This document shows positions 13,412 through 27,719 of a DNA stretch of 64,000 nucleotides, piece after piece. The stretch is from Octopus vulgaris (lineage: Eukaryota): contig OX597824.1 in the NCBI GenBank assembly GCA_951406725.2, positions 74,710,001 to 74,774,000 of the forward strand. The letters run 5' to 3'. The position numbers and the translations under genes were made by a program. The notes under the pieces were generated by a model, which saw only the letters and a program-made list of their open reading frames with translations, was not told the origin of the DNA and made no database searches. Every line of letters begins with the position of its first letter. Position 1 is the first letter of the stretch.

Positions 13412-13991
13412 AAGGGGTTGGACAAAATAATTGAAACACCTAGCATTATAGCATCATAATTTTGAGATACGTATAAAACCGTCAAAAGCGTGTTTATTTT
13501 TGTTTTTGATTTATTTTTAGTGTTGCTTAATATGGCAGAATTAATAGTTAAGACTATTTAAGCATTTTTTCAGATGAAATTCATGCTATGGTTGCAGAAC
13601 TGTTTCCGGAGGGAAACGTAATCTTTCAGAATGATAATGCACCAATTCACACAGCTAACGTTGTTACTGATTGGCACGAGGAACATTCTAGCGAAGTTGA
13701 ACATCTTATCTGGCCACCACAGTCCCCAGATCTCAATATTATTGTGCATTTATGGTGCATTTTAGAAAAACAAGTAAGGAGTCGATATCCTCCACCATCA
13801 TCACTACAAGAACCGAAGACTATTTTAGCTGAGGAATGGACGAAAATTCTTTTGGAAACAATTCAAACTTTGTAAGAATCCATACCTCGTAGATTTCAAG
13901 CTGTAATTACTGTCAAAGGCGGTCCTACCCCATATTAAAATTAATTTATTTTGAAATTTTAAGGTGTTTCCACTAGTTTGTCCAACCTCTT
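13412..13991 (+). mobile_element. Internally deleted Tc1/mariner transposon with transposase C-terminal remnant (13588-13875)
   Basis: TIRs GGGGTTGGACAAAATAATTGAAACACCT / AGGTGTTTCCACTAGTTTGTCCAACCTC; IFQNDNAPIH...WPPQSPDLNII motifs of DD34E transposases, catalytic E lost. Confidence 0.9.
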
Positions 13992-14035
13992 TTACAATTT
14001 TATAGGGCTATGTAAGAAACCACCTTTTTTCGCGC

Positions 14036-14165
14036 TTCATCGTCATCATCATCGTTGTCGTCGTCATCATCATCATCATCATCATCTTCATAGTTATCAC
14101 TATCATCGTCGTCATCCTCATACACCTCTGTCTCAGCATCATCATCGTCATCATCGTCGTCGTCG

Positions 14166-14201
<36 letters not shown>

Positions 14202-14220
14202 CCATCACCATCACCATTAC

Positions 14221-14256
<36 letters not shown>

Positions 14257-14260
14257 TATC
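14036..14260. repeat. (CAT)n tract
   Basis: Direct reading; poly-His ORF artefact. Confidence 0.95.
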
Positions 14261-14603
14261 AAATTAGACAACCGGTTCCGTTTCACATCTGAACACCGCT
14301 GCTTTTCAATTCGCTGCTGTGGCATATGTCATCGAGTGAAAAAGAGAAAAAAAATTTAAAAAATCAATGTCAACTACGCTCTTATTCTATCCGCAGCATA
14401 TAATTTTGGAGCCAATCGATGAAGGAATCTCTCTGTTCGATCCATCAGTCTGGAATTTCAAAAAATACAATTACCCGTTCGATAACGTCCTCCACACCAC
14501 AAAATATGTACGATGGTCACGGATGGAACATCTTCGGTCATAGGTCTGCTTAATCAGGATTTTCTACAGGTTAGAGAACCACTACAATACACACACACAC
14601 ACA

Positions 14604-14634
<31 letters not shown>

Positions 14635-15122
14635 GTTCTTAGATACGCTCGTACACACATGTGCATAATAATCGTACCACGCACAAGATCGCTCACGTTC
14701 ACACACGCATGCGTAGTGCTGTGATTGCATACATACATGTACAACGAATGTCTTCGAAGTAAAGCTTCAGGCGATCTGTCTGCGATAATTGAAAGGATGA
14801 AGTCATTCAGGCAGCTCGTTCCCTTGAGAAATACAAGACGAGATCAATAAAAATTCTCCATTATGCGTTTCACTGAAGGGAAATTTTCTCAGGCTGCAAT
14901 CTCCAGCCTGTCAAAAGAGAATTGAACAAAACAGTATTGCGATTGCTTGGTGATGAACCTGCGTCGTTTCCACACCACATGATCATAATTCATCCGATTG
15001 TATGTATGTATGTATGTATGTATGTATGTATGTATGTATGTATGTATGTATGTATGTATGTATGTATGCATGTATGGATGGATGCATGCATACATACATA
15101 CATACATACATACATACATACA

Positions 15123-15169
<47 letters not shown>

Positions 15170-15172
<3 letters not shown>

Positions 15173-15339
15173 CGCAGGAGTGGCTGTGGTAAGTAGCTTG
15201 CTTACCAACCACATGGTTCAGGGTTCAGTCCCACTGCGTGGTACCTTGGGCAAGTGTCTTCTACTATAGCCTCGGGCCGACCAAAGCCTTGTGAGTGGAT
15301 TTGGTAGACGGAAACTGAAAGAAGCCCGTCTCATATATG

Positions 15340-15384
<45 letters not shown>

Positions 15385-15485
15385 GTGTGTGTGTGTGTGC
15401 GTTTGTGTGTTTGTGTTTGTCCCCCCAATATCGCTTGACAAGCGATGCTGGTGTGTTTACGTCCCCATAACTTAGCGGTTCAGCA
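15170..15485 (+). mobile_element. SINE family B, 3'-truncated
   Basis: AGGCGCAGGAGTGGCTGTGGTAAG head, CCTTGGGCAAGTG core, internal (TA)(TG) tract. Confidence 0.85.
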
Positions 15486-15928
15486 TATTTCCCTCTCAGA
15501 TTCACACACTAAATGCGGTGGTCCTTCAGTTTTTCTAGGCCCTGTAAAAGAACGCGGAATGCTGAGCCATCAACCAGGCCTTTCGTGACATCCTTAAAAC
15601 CAGGAACATTTCACAACCCCCACGTATGTATGTATGTATGACTCTTCTATTTTTTGATTATTATAAATCTTCCACTGAGGAGGGAGCCCTTTTCCAACAA
15701 AAAGACAAGGCTCCGTCTTTGGGATGTAGTTAACATAAGCAAATTCACATTTGGAACTTTAGAAAAGTCTTGCATATTTTTCCTGTTCCACTAACATATT
15801 GCACTTGTAATGTACGAATCAGCCGGTCGATTTCTCTTTGTGAAAATTCCAGTTTATCTAGATTTAAGCATTTACTAATATTTACTAACATTTAACATTC
15901 CTTTAAGCATTTACTAACAAAACCTAGT

Positions 15929-16321
15929 TTTTTTTGTTGGAAGCACTCCGTCGGTCACGACGATTAGGGTTCCGGTTGATCCGAATCAACGGAACAGCCT
16001 GCTCGTGAAATTAACGTGTAAGTGGCTGAGCACTCCACAGACACGTGCACCCTTAACGTAGTTCTCGGGGATATTCAGCGTGACACAGAGAGTGACAAGG
16101 CCGGCCCTTTGAAATACAGGTACAACAGAAACAGGAAGTAAGAGTGAGAGAAAGTTGTGGTGAAAAGAGAAGAGCAGGGATCACCACCACCCCCTGCCGG
16201 AGCCTCGTGGAGCTTTTAGGTGTTTTCGCTCAATAAACACTCACAACGCCCGGTCTGGGAATCGAAACCGCGATCCTATGACCGCGAGTCCACTGCCCTA
16301 ACCACTGGGCCATTGCGCCTC
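15929..16321 (-). mobile_element. tRNA(Arg)-like SINE with 15-bp TSD
   Basis: Head GAGGCGCAATGGCCCAGTGGTTAGG...GGTTTCGATTCC; TSD CTAACAAAACCTAGT at 15914 and 16322. Confidence 0.9.
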
Positions 16322-16734
16322 CTAACAAAACCTAGTACTCCAATTATGTATGTATGCATGTATGCATGCATATTTGAGTCATCATTTATGCATGTTTTTT
16401 TTACTGAGCCAACTTTTTCCTAGTCTATGAACCAGTTTTACGTTAAACAGTCCGTATTTTCGTATGGCGAAGTGTCGTGTTACAACCATTTTTTGTAAAC
16501 ATATGAAAATAATGAAACAAAAAAATTAACTACAGATGTTCGCCATATGTTGCTGAAGGGCTGGTAAATTTTATGGTCGTAACTTCTGGTACTTGACTGA
16601 TGAAAGAAAGCCAAGAATGAATGACTCGTTCTTTTTTTGCCTGTCCTTCTATTTGTTGTTTCTCTTGTCCGCCTTTGTGTCGTCTATTTGTCCGAATGTT
16701 TTAATGCTTTCTATTGCGTTTTTGTTCCATATAC

Positions 16735-16906
<172 letters not shown>

Positions 16907-18029
16907 ATATATAAAGGGCAGAAACAGGATGTAAATATCTATGTTCCTTTGAAAGAGTGCGAGTGCACATACGGATGTGGTCATAGGGAAGGGTATGTGT
17001 GCATATGTGCGCGCTTGCTTGTGTGTGTGCGTGTGTGTGCGTGTGTGTGTGTGTGTGTGTATGTGTGTATGTGTGAATAATATATATCACCCAAATATCA
17101 TGCAGCTATTTTATCTTGATAAGAGCAATGATAATAATAACGAAAAACGTCGAGAAGAACAGATAATAACGGGCGGATTTCAGTTTAGTCTCCAACCGGA
17201 AATACTATATAACGACCGATACCTCCTTCTCTCCCTTTCTGTCCCTATTTCTGTCTCCCATCACCACCACCATCGCTACAGCTTCCCTTTTCCCCACTCG
17301 TATTCCCTCTTTATCCCTCTTCCTACTTAGTCTTCTCTTACCACTCCCCTTGTTTCTGAATCTGTATGACTAATATTTATTTCGGTTCTTGCTTTCCACT
17401 TTTGTTTTATTCCTTATTTTATTTTTTATTTTATTTTTATTTAATTATTTGCTTTTTGTTTTTTGTTTTTTATTGTTGTTGTTTTATTTTTGCTCGCTTT
17501 TGTAATGTTTACCACGAATCCCTCAAGGAGTAGAAAGTCAAGAACCTAAAAGAACAAAACAAAGAAATCACATATTTCTGTAGATTAAAACATAAAAGGA
17601 AGCATTTTGCCTGAGGTTCACGACCCCTTGATGGAATTGTAAGGGCACCGTCGTGACACGTGACCTATGTTCAGCATTTTTACGCTTCTTGGAAATCAAA
17701 CCCAATCTGAGTTTGACCGTTACAGCAGATTTCTTCCTGAAAGACTTTTAGACAGAAAGAAAGTAAAGAGCGGCAGAAGAATCCAATCAGGACAGATGTG
17801 ATATTTTATTTATCGACCATAAAAGGATGAAAGACAAAATTTGACACCGTTGGGGTTTGAACTCACAACGCAAAGAGCTGCAACGATTACCGCTGAACAA
17901 CATTGCTTTGAGAATCATTAGAGCGTCGGATAGATTGGTATCAACCTGATGCTCTCACGATTCACTGTCAATTGGCAGAAGGAATGTTTTTGAATTTCCC
18001 CCGAGTTTTCATTCAGAGGAAGGTAACAC

Positions 18030-18550
18030 TGCCTTTGTAAAGTCTCCTGACACTGATTGGAAGACGTAGAGTAAATTATACCAGAACTGGAAACCTATCC
18101 TAAATGCTTGCGTGAGAATAGACTCTTCCATGAGCAGCCAAAGGCCAGGTGCTGGTGTGAAGCCGCATGATGTACGTTAAATATAAAAGGGAGCAATTCA
18201 TGACCTTTTTAAAGTCTCCTGAGACTGGTTAGAAGACGGGAGGAAATTGTACCAACACAGGAAACCTAGCCTCAATGCTTGCATGAGATTGAACTCCTCC
18301 AAGGACATCCAAGGACCGGACGGTGATGTTAAGCCGGATGATATATATTAACTCTAAAAGGAGACCAATACTCTCGACCCTTTTAAGGACTCCTGAGACT
18401 AGGTGAAAGACAGAAGTCATACCTAACAGGAGACCTAACCTAAATGCTTGCATAAGATTGGATTGTTTTAAAAAGCAGCCAAGAGCCCGGCAGTGGCGTT
18501 AAACCAGGCGGTATATATATATATAAATATATATATTAAATCTAAGAATA
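18030..18550. repeat. Diverged tandem repeat, 3 units of ~173 bp
   Basis: CTCCTGA(C/G)ACT...AATGCTTGC anchors near 18042, 18214 and 18389. Confidence 0.8.
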
Positions 18551-18823
18551 TCGGTTGTGATTGTTGTTGTTGTTATTCAGCTCCTAGTCAACTTCGATGA
18601 ACAGATCGATAATCGAAAATATCACAGCCATGACAGTCTTACCGTTTTGCATGAATCACAGATTGCAGTTGTCCGATGTGAATTTCCTTTTCTTTTCTTA
18701 AAGCGATAAAGTACGATTTGAGGGAAATTCTAGTTGCTATTTCTGGAAAGGAGAGACAAAAAACTTGCCTAAGAGAAGTTCTCTTGTTGGTTCGTCTTTC
18801 GGGATGCTTCTGTCTGACTATAC

Positions 18824-18872
<49 letters not shown>

Positions 18873-18889
18873 TGTGTGTGTCTACGCTA

Positions 18890-19420
18890 TTGTTGGTGGT
18901 GGTAGCGGCGGCAGTGGCTAGTGGTGATAGCGGTGGTGGTAGTGGTGGTGGTGGTGAAGTGTGTGGTGTGTGGTAGTGGTGATGTTCGTGATGGTGTAGT
19001 TGTAGTGTGAGGTGGTGGTGGAGGTATTGTTGTTTTTGGTGGTGGTGGCGTTAATGCTGCTGCTACTTCTGCTAATGATGATAATGATGGTGATGATAGT
19101 GGTGGTGGTGGTGGTAGTGGCGGCGGCAACGGTGGAAGTGTTAGTGGTGGGATGGGGTGGTGTTTGTGGTGAGTTAGGAGGGGTGGTGTTAGTGGTGGGT
19201 TAGGAGAGGTGGTGTTAGTGGTGGGTTGGGAGGGGTGGTGTTAGTGGTGGGTTGGGAGGGGTGGTGTTAGTGGTGGTTTGGGAGGAGTGGTGTTAGTGGT
19301 GATGATGGTGGTGGTGTGAGTGTAGTGTAAGTGGTGGTGGGGGTTAATGCTGCTGCTGATGATGATGATGATGATGATTATGATGGTGGTGGTGGTGGTG
19401 GTGGTAGTGGTGGTGGTAAA
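18890..19420 (+). repeat. (GGT)n-rich tract with ~26-bp G-rich minisatellite
   Basis: GTGGTGTTAGTGGTGGGTTGGGAGGG variants, about 5 copies at 19140-19300. Confidence 0.85.
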
Positions 19421-19632
19421 CAGGAAGAACTAACAGAGAGCTGGAATTGATTATATTAAGTGTTACAGTGGCTGTTTTCTATGTGACTGACTGACTGACT
19501 GGATAGTTGGTTGATTGCCAAGCATGTAGGTTGGCTGGCTGGCTGGCTGGCTGGCTGGCCGGCTTGCTTGCTGGCTGGCTGGCTGGCTGCCTGTCTGCCT
19601 GCCTGCTTGCCTGCCTGACTGTTAGCTTATGC

Positions 19633-19697
19633 TAACAAGCAGGTCGATTCGATATTGCTTCCTTATATGGTAATGAAATGCGTTTATAGCTTGGCGC
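19633..19697 (+). promoter_or_regulatory. Second copy of CArG module (CArG 19661-19670); third inverted CArG at 19977-19986
   Basis: TAACAAGCAG-TCGATTCGATATT-CCTTATATGGTAATGAAATGCGTT shared with 11595. Confidence 0.55.
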
Positions 19698-20597
19698 AAA
19701 TACGGTGTCTTTGAAGTGTAATGTTTTATCGGTTGGTGGTGAAAGAATGTCAGCGATGGCCTAGTGAATAAAAATGTCAGACATACGAATCGACAGTTCA
19801 GTAGCTCGTATCACGTTACTGGTTCAGCGGTGTGTTGCTGGACGAGACATTTTAATGGACACTCGACAGATTTATTCCACCTCACCGGGGAGTTGGTAAT
19901 CATTCTAAAATGAAAACTATGAATATAGACAGAAGAGGGAAACCACGCAGTTCAGGGTTAGTATCAAGATACATTACCATATAAGGAATCCTCTATTTCG
20001 AGGGTAGAGAATATTTCACCCTCAGATTTTAAAACAAACTGCTTACTGACGAGATCAAATCCCAACAATGTTTCCACCAGGGAATGGCGTACTGGCTAAT
20101 GTCCTAGATCAGTGGTTTTCAATAGGACTACAACCGTACCTCTGGGGGAAATAGTACTACCCTGTAGTAATTTAAACGTCTGTGAATACATTTTGCTTTT
20201 AGATATTTTTTACTGCAAAAAATAACTAGGTTTCTTTCTCTAACGTTTTACATAGTTTAACTTGCTTCCGGCTACTGAAATGTGTTCTGTCACTGAGCGC
20301 TATTGCAAACTTGGACAAGTGAATAGGTGGAAAACAAGTTTCAGTAATACTAGTTCTTAAACTAGTTTTACTGAAAAACAGGAAAACTATATTTTAGGCG
20401 CAGGCGTGACAGTCTGGTAAGAGGCTTGCTTCCAAACCACATCGTTCCAGGTTCGTTCCCACTGCGTGGCACCTTGAGCAAGTGTCGTCTACTATAGCCT
20501 CGGGCTCACCAAGGACATACCAGTGGATTTGGTAAGCGGAAACTGGAAGAAGCCTGTCGTGTATATATGTATATGTGTGTGTGTGTATGTATATATG

Positions 20598-20639
<42 letters not shown>

Positions 20640-21330
20640 TATATGGGTACAGGACGTCACAAACAGTAAACAGCATGAAATACGAAAACAAATGAATTGA
20701 ATACGCAAACATCGAGAGAAACAAATGGAAAACAGGACAAGTAACATAAAAAACGACCCTTCATCAGCGGTTTGGCAAAAGAGGTCGATGGAATAAGTAC
20801 CAGACTTCATAAAATAGTACTGGTGGGGGGGGGGGGTAAATTCGTTCGACTAAAAATTCTTCAAAGTGGTGTCCTAGCATAGCCGCAATCTAATGATTGA
20901 CCCAAGTAAAAGATAAATATCGAATGACGAGTCCTTAAGTAAAAAAAAAAAAAAATGGTTGCGATGCGCTGTCCTGGAGAGATACAGCTGGCAAAGAAAA
21001 AGAGGGACAATTGTGTTAGATAGATGATCCGGTTAAACACCAGCACTCTATCCATCTGTTGCATTTGAAACGGATATCCGGTTTGAACGATATCATACGA
21101 TAGATAGCCTTATGATGCCGGCGGTGTCGGAAATAACGTCTCAGGAAAATAATGAAAACAATGTCACATTTTGTTTAACTACAATAAATAACAGTTACAG
21201 TAATTTATGCAAAGAATAATTTTAAGTTGCTTATTTACCGAAAAGGCACGGCCTTGTACACATTGACAACAAAGTTTATATAACGGAATTTAGATTTATA
21301 CAAATACACACACACATACATATACATGTA

Positions 21331-21400
<70 letters not shown>

Positions 21401-21496
21401 GTTAATCCAAACAAGAAAGCACAAAAAACACAACAACGCGAGGACGTGAAACAAATATAGTATTATTGGACGCTCAGGAAAGGAGGAAAGAAGGAG

Positions 21497-21531
21497 GTTT
21501 AACGTTTCGAGCGGAGCTCTTCGTCGGAAAC
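21497..21531 (-). ncRNA. Minimal type I hammerhead-like motif within a repeat inserted in (TA)n
   Basis: GUUU-CCGACGA-A-GAGC UCC GCUC-GAAA-CG-UU-AAAC: 4-bp stem I, 4-bp stem II, palindromic stem III; U4C core variant. Confidence 0.55.
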
Positions 21532-21609
21532 ATAGGAGAAGGAAAGATCCAGAGAAGGGAAGAGAGAGGAAAAAATATCGCTAACGGTACACATGCGGTC
21601 ACATTTTGA

Positions 21610-21671
<62 letters not shown>

Positions 21672-21720
21672 CTTCGTTACAATATCATAAATCAAGAGAT
21701 GAGCATAACCTATAAAATAT

Positions 21721-22050
21721 AGAGCAATTGTTTATGTCGGATCTTGTGAATCCAAATTTAAAATTCGCCTGAACAACGACAGATCTTCTTTCAGGCTTCC
21801 AGAGAGACGCAATACAATGACACTCGCAACATACGTATGGCGCCTAAAGGACAATCATACGCCCTTTAACATCAGGTGGAAATTATTGGAAATTTATGGA
21901 CCCTATCGCAAAGGAACAAGACTGAGTAAATTGTGTATAGCAGAAAGATATGTAATCCTCATGAACTCACTTGAGCCAGGAGGCTGCCTGAACTCCAGGA
22001 CGGAAACCGTGGGGAGTGTCCACACTTTCGGAAATTTTTACTTCAAAATT
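21721..22050 (+). mobile_element. Penelope-like element GIY-YIG endonuclease fragment
   Basis: IVYVGSCESKFKIRLNNDRSSFR...TLATYVWRLK...NIRWKLL...KLCIAERYVI...LNSRTE matches the PLE GIY-YIG pattern. Confidence 0.8.
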
Positions 22051-22222
22051 GGAAAACCTAGCTATCAAGCGAAGGAAGAATACAGGATACATTGAAGGAT
22101 ACATTGGACTATGTACATTTTCTGTATTATGTTTGGGAAACAAAAGATGCAATAGTCATGGCTGGAACGCTTCGGCTATAGATTCTCTCGGGCAGGAATG
22201 ACTTAGAACTTAACAACAACAA

Positions 22223-22440
<218 letters not shown>

Positions 22441-22899
22441 TGGCTGTTATCATTATGCTCGAAATTCAAGAAATAGCTACCAAAGCCCCTTGGAATCACA
22501 TCATACGGTCGTAAACGAAGAAGATATATTGAATAAAAATGTAGTCTTGATGTATCATAACTAGACATTAAAAAACAATAAAGACGGGATAGTCACAGCT
22601 GGAATGCATTTAGACGTTAAATCTTGAATCGATGTATTAGTATTTTAATCATTCGCCTGTTAGTGATATTTGAGTGTATTTTAAGGCGGCAAGCTGCCAG
22701 AATCGTTAAATGTGTCGGACAAAATGCTTAGTGACATTTCTTCTGGTTCTTTAAGTTCTGAGTTAAAATTTCGGCGAAAAAAGTACCAGTTGAGCACTGG
22801 GGTCGATGCAATCGATTAATCCCCCCCCCAAATTTGCCGGCATTGTTCCAAAATTTGAAACTTTGTGTGAATGTATATGTTTGTACGAGAGTCTTTTCA

Positions 22900-23017
<118 letters not shown>

Positions 23018-23039
23018 TTAGTTAGTTAGTTAGTTAGTT

Positions 23040-23750
23040 AATTTGGCTCAAAAGCAAATAGCAAGGCCATGTAGGGGGACATGGAGTTAAGTACAGGGTG
23101 GTGTTCATGTAAAGAGTTCAGGCCACTTGAGGTCCAGGGAGGCTTTGAACAAAGCGGTCGTCGGCATCTTCACCATCTCGTCTGGCAGCTTGTTCCACGG
23201 ATCCGCAACCTGGACGGAGAAAGCTCCTCTCCTTCGATTGAGATGAAATCGTCGCAGGTAGAGCTTTTCGGAATGACCCCGCAGCCGACGCTCCGGAGCA
23301 GGAGTGAAGAACAGCTCTTTCGAGAGGTTACACTTCCCGCTTATGATGTTGTGGGCGAGAATGAGATCACCACGGCGGCGGCGTTTTTCAAGAGAATAAA
23401 GGTCGAGCGTCCTCAGCCTTTCTTCGTAGGACAAATTTTTGAGACCATCAACCATGCGGGTAGCCAGCCTCTGGACTCTTTCGAGGTGCTGTATGTCTTT
23501 GAGGAGATAAGGAGAAGAGGCTTGAATCCCATACTCCAATATGGGTCTCACCAGCGTGACATAGAGTGGCAGGAATATGGCTGCTGTGAGCATTCCGAAT
23601 GACCGTCGAATCAAAAACAGAATTCCGCGCGCTTTGTTGGCAGCATGGACGCACTGGGCCGAAGGCGAAAAGGAGGAATCCACCAAGATACCCAGGTCCT
23701 TTACCTGATCGGTCCTCTCCAGCAGCAGACGACCCGGCTCGAAATCAAGT
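23040..23750 (-). mobile_element. CR1/L2-like LINE, 5'-truncated; RT C-terminal ORF 23105-23686
   Basis: KDLG..VD, LYVTLVRPILEY, LERVQRLATRMV, LSYEERL..L.LYSLEKRRRRGDLI and WNKLP motifs; 3' end runs into an (AACT)n tail. Confidence 0.9.
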
Positions 23751-24511
23751 TGATAGATAGAATGTGTATGTGTGTGTCTCTGTGTGTATGTTTGTGCGAG
23801 TACGTGTGTGTCTATGTCTGTGAATGATTAGTTCCATCTGAGCTCCATATGCTAAATAGTATGTTATATAAAACTTCGTGGAAACCTTGACAGAAGAAAG
23901 AGGGAATTTAATTATTATAGCCTCTGGCCTAATTCGCAAACAATACGTTTGAATTTAGCTCAGCTTTAATGATTATTTAGCGAGAAGTACAGTTAAAATG
24001 GATTGTATTACGAGTTGGGAGAACAATAGCGGCAATAACAACAATTATTTGAGATCGGATTAGCGAAGACAATTAGTAAGCTATTAACAATAATAACGTA
24101 ATTACTGTAGATAAGTATAAACGTTTCTTCGTCCCCACAGAAGGACATAACACAAGGTTATTAAAGACGGAAGGCGATGTTCGGTTCGCTGTACTACGGT
24201 AGCTCTGGGTATGAGATTGACGAGAAAAGCGACGCCAACAACGGTGATAATGATGTTCATCATTATCATGATCATGATGACGATGATGGTAAAGTGGGAG
24301 GAATGATGGTGTTTAGGAAGTATCAAGATTTCCATTGAATTAAAGGGTGACTAACACTTGTGCCTTTTAGGTAAACCTTAGGCAAAATCAACGTGACATG
24401 AAATTTAACAGGACTGGCTGAGCCCTTAAAATTACAGCTGCAGTCTATTTTCCTTGCCCTTCGCCTCACCTCTCATCCGCTACTACTCTCTCTTTCTCTT
24501 TCTCTTGATAT

Positions 24512-24575
<64 letters not shown>

Positions 24576-24619
24576 TGTGTCTAGGGAGAGTCATGCCAAT
24601 ATATATGTACATGAAAAAA

Positions 24620-24666
<47 letters not shown>

Positions 24667-26094
24667 TGTGTGTATGTAATTCAAAATTCTGTTAGAAAAG
24701 GTGGGAATCCCAAGTAGTTCATGTACTTCATAGATGACTCTTAAAGGACAAATACGGCAGCATTTACTGAGGAATTCATATAAGAGGCTTCTCTGATGAA
24801 ATTACCTATGAATGCAATAGTACTGGTCCTATAAGACTCGTCATCACAATTTTTTGCTTACATATATGCATGCATACATACATACATGCATACGTACATG
24901 CATGCAGGTATCCATCTATCCATCCATCCTTGCATACATACATACATACATACATACATACATACATACATACATACATACATACATACATACATAGGTT
25001 AAATAAAGTACTGAGCCAACGTTCTTGTGGATAAGTTGTAAATAAATTTGTGTGCTCTGATTTGATAAGCAAATACTCCGCTCCACTTTATAAAATAGAA
25101 TTTGTGGTTGAATTACAGAACTATCTACGCTACTAACGCCTGATGAACCAGTAAAGAATAAGAAGACGAATGGGGAAGAAACGAAAGAACAATGGTAAAA
25201 GAAATCGACCAGAGAAGATGGAATGAACAGAAGAAATAAAGACAAAAGAATATAGAAGGAAAATAAGAGCAATAAATTGGTAATCGAAGAAACAGAAGAA
25301 GAATGATGAACAAACTCAAGCATAATATAATATACGTTCTTAGTTCCGAAGCACAACTCCTCTTCATCCACAGCAAATGACTCTCGTCTCTCTCGTCTAA
25401 GTAACGAGGTCTAATACACAGAATCATACCAGACAATATTATAAAAACTAATTCCAAACGGAAATGATGATGGCAGAGGAGCATGTCTATTAGCGGGACA
25501 CGAACCCTTGTATCTACTGCGTTGCCAATTAGAACATTGTGTCCGCCGATCTATTTGTTCAAATATGTTTCTTAAATACTCACCGTTATCCTGTCGCTTG
25601 CTTTCGTCGCTTTTGGTTTCGAATGAAAAGAATAAAATAAACGTCCATTTTTATTTTAACAAATTACAAATTTGCTAGTTCTTTTTGAAAAAAATCTAAA
25701 TGTCACGCCTTTCTTCATTCATTAATTCTAATGTTAATAGCTTTTGTTATTGACAATGATGTTGTCTTGGGTCGTAATTTTAATTAAATTGTCTTTTTTT
25801 TTACTACATCAAATACACTACTAACACTAAGTCAAATCAGTTGCTTTTTAATACTTTCCTTTGCTATTTCGCTACACGTGAAGAATATGGTAGGAATCAA
25901 GAAAACAGTTCTGGGAATATTCCTCCCAACATACTGGCATTGCTCAGATATTTTTGCTAATAAATCCATAAACAAAATGGCCGCTGTTTATTTGGCAGGC
26001 AATGCATTTATAAAAGGGAGAGAAATCAGTCAAAATATTTTTCTGTCAGAAATATGCTTATGGGAATGATACTGATAATCCTGCTCTTCCCCTC

Positions 26095-26146
<52 letters not shown>

Positions 26147-26446
26147 TCCCTCCCTTTATCTATCCTCTCTGTAATTTTACCGCAAAAACATGTTATATTG
26201 AAGCTTTTGTGTTGGCATTTACAAAGAGGTTTCCATTATCAACAACATACATAAGGTTTTGATAAAGAAAAAATTAATCCGTACTCCCCTCCTTTCCCAT
26301 TCGTTCATAGTGGAAAGAATCTGTTAAGATTATTTCAAGTATTTCCAGACAATGTATGCCAGAGAACACACAGACGACGCCTAACTCATTCACCTAAGCA
26401 ACATAGATCCATTCATATATATATACATACTTATGCATATAAATAC

Positions 26447-26479
<33 letters not shown>

Positions 26480-27161
26480 TGTATGTATGTATGTATGTAT
26501 GTATGTATGTATGTATGCATGTGTGTATATATAGATATATATATATATATATGCATACATACATACATACAAACATACATATATACATACATGCATACAT
26601 ACATATGAAATCTTTTTATTTCACGCCCATTTTGAACGTAATAGAAGGCATAACATCTTCACAATAGTATCCGAGCGAATATTTTTCATCACAAGAATGC
26701 AAACTTACAACAGCCTTTCTAAACTGATTACTTGCAATTACCATATATAATTATACCCCATTCTACGAATTCCTTCGTCACAGATTATTCCACAAAGCCG
26801 TTCTTTTGTGTGTTTGTTTAACGCCACTTATTTATTGGTTGTCGTTCGTGTTGGTGTTGGTGTTGGTGTTGGTGCTGGTGGTGTTGGCATTGTTGTGGTA
26901 GGGCTTTGGTTTTGTTGATGTCTTTGTTGCTGGCGTTTCTTTGTGTTTGTTTGTTTTTTTTTGGCATTATAAGAACTTTAACAACAACAACAACAATAAT
27001 GATGATAATAAAATGCAATAAAATGATTCAAAATCTCCGCGAGCAGCAAGAACAAAGAAACAAACAAACACAAGCATAAACATGAACAAGAACAACAACA
27101 AGAACAACAACAACGGCAACAACAACAACAACAGCAACAACAACAACAACAACAAAAACAA

Positions 27162-27199
<38 letters not shown>

Positions 27200-27719
27200 T
27201 TGACAACAAGAACAAGATCAAGGCATGATTCTTTAGCGAATAAGATTATCGAATGTCTGATTCTGTTCTGATCTTCGTTGATAATAATTGTCTTATTTAT
27301 TCTTCCTTATAAAAAAATTCCTCAAAAACATTTCTTTTTTAAAGACAGACTGACGCAAGCATGAAAATATGTCGGCAGCTGATATTGAATTCTTAAGAAA
27401 CTATTTGACGTGGATTCATCATCATCATCATGGTCATCATCATCATCATCGTTGTCATCATCATCGTCGTCGTCGTCGTCGTCATCGTCATCACCGCCAT
27501 CGTCGTTGTTGTTGTTATGGTGATTGATGCGAACGATGGAAAAATATGAAAAGAGATAGAGGATGCAGAAAGACAAAAAAGCTTCAGGCAAACATTGGTA
27601 TCGCAACGCTGTTATCAACGACGAAAGCAACAACAACAGCTATGATAACGTGAGCAGCCATGACAGTCTTAACAACTATTACAACGCCGTTCGCAACGGC
27701 AACAGCACAACAACGAAGG

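Noticed and set aside
23081-23602. 173-aa plus-strand ORF
   Set aside because: Antisense shadow of the LINE RT ORF.
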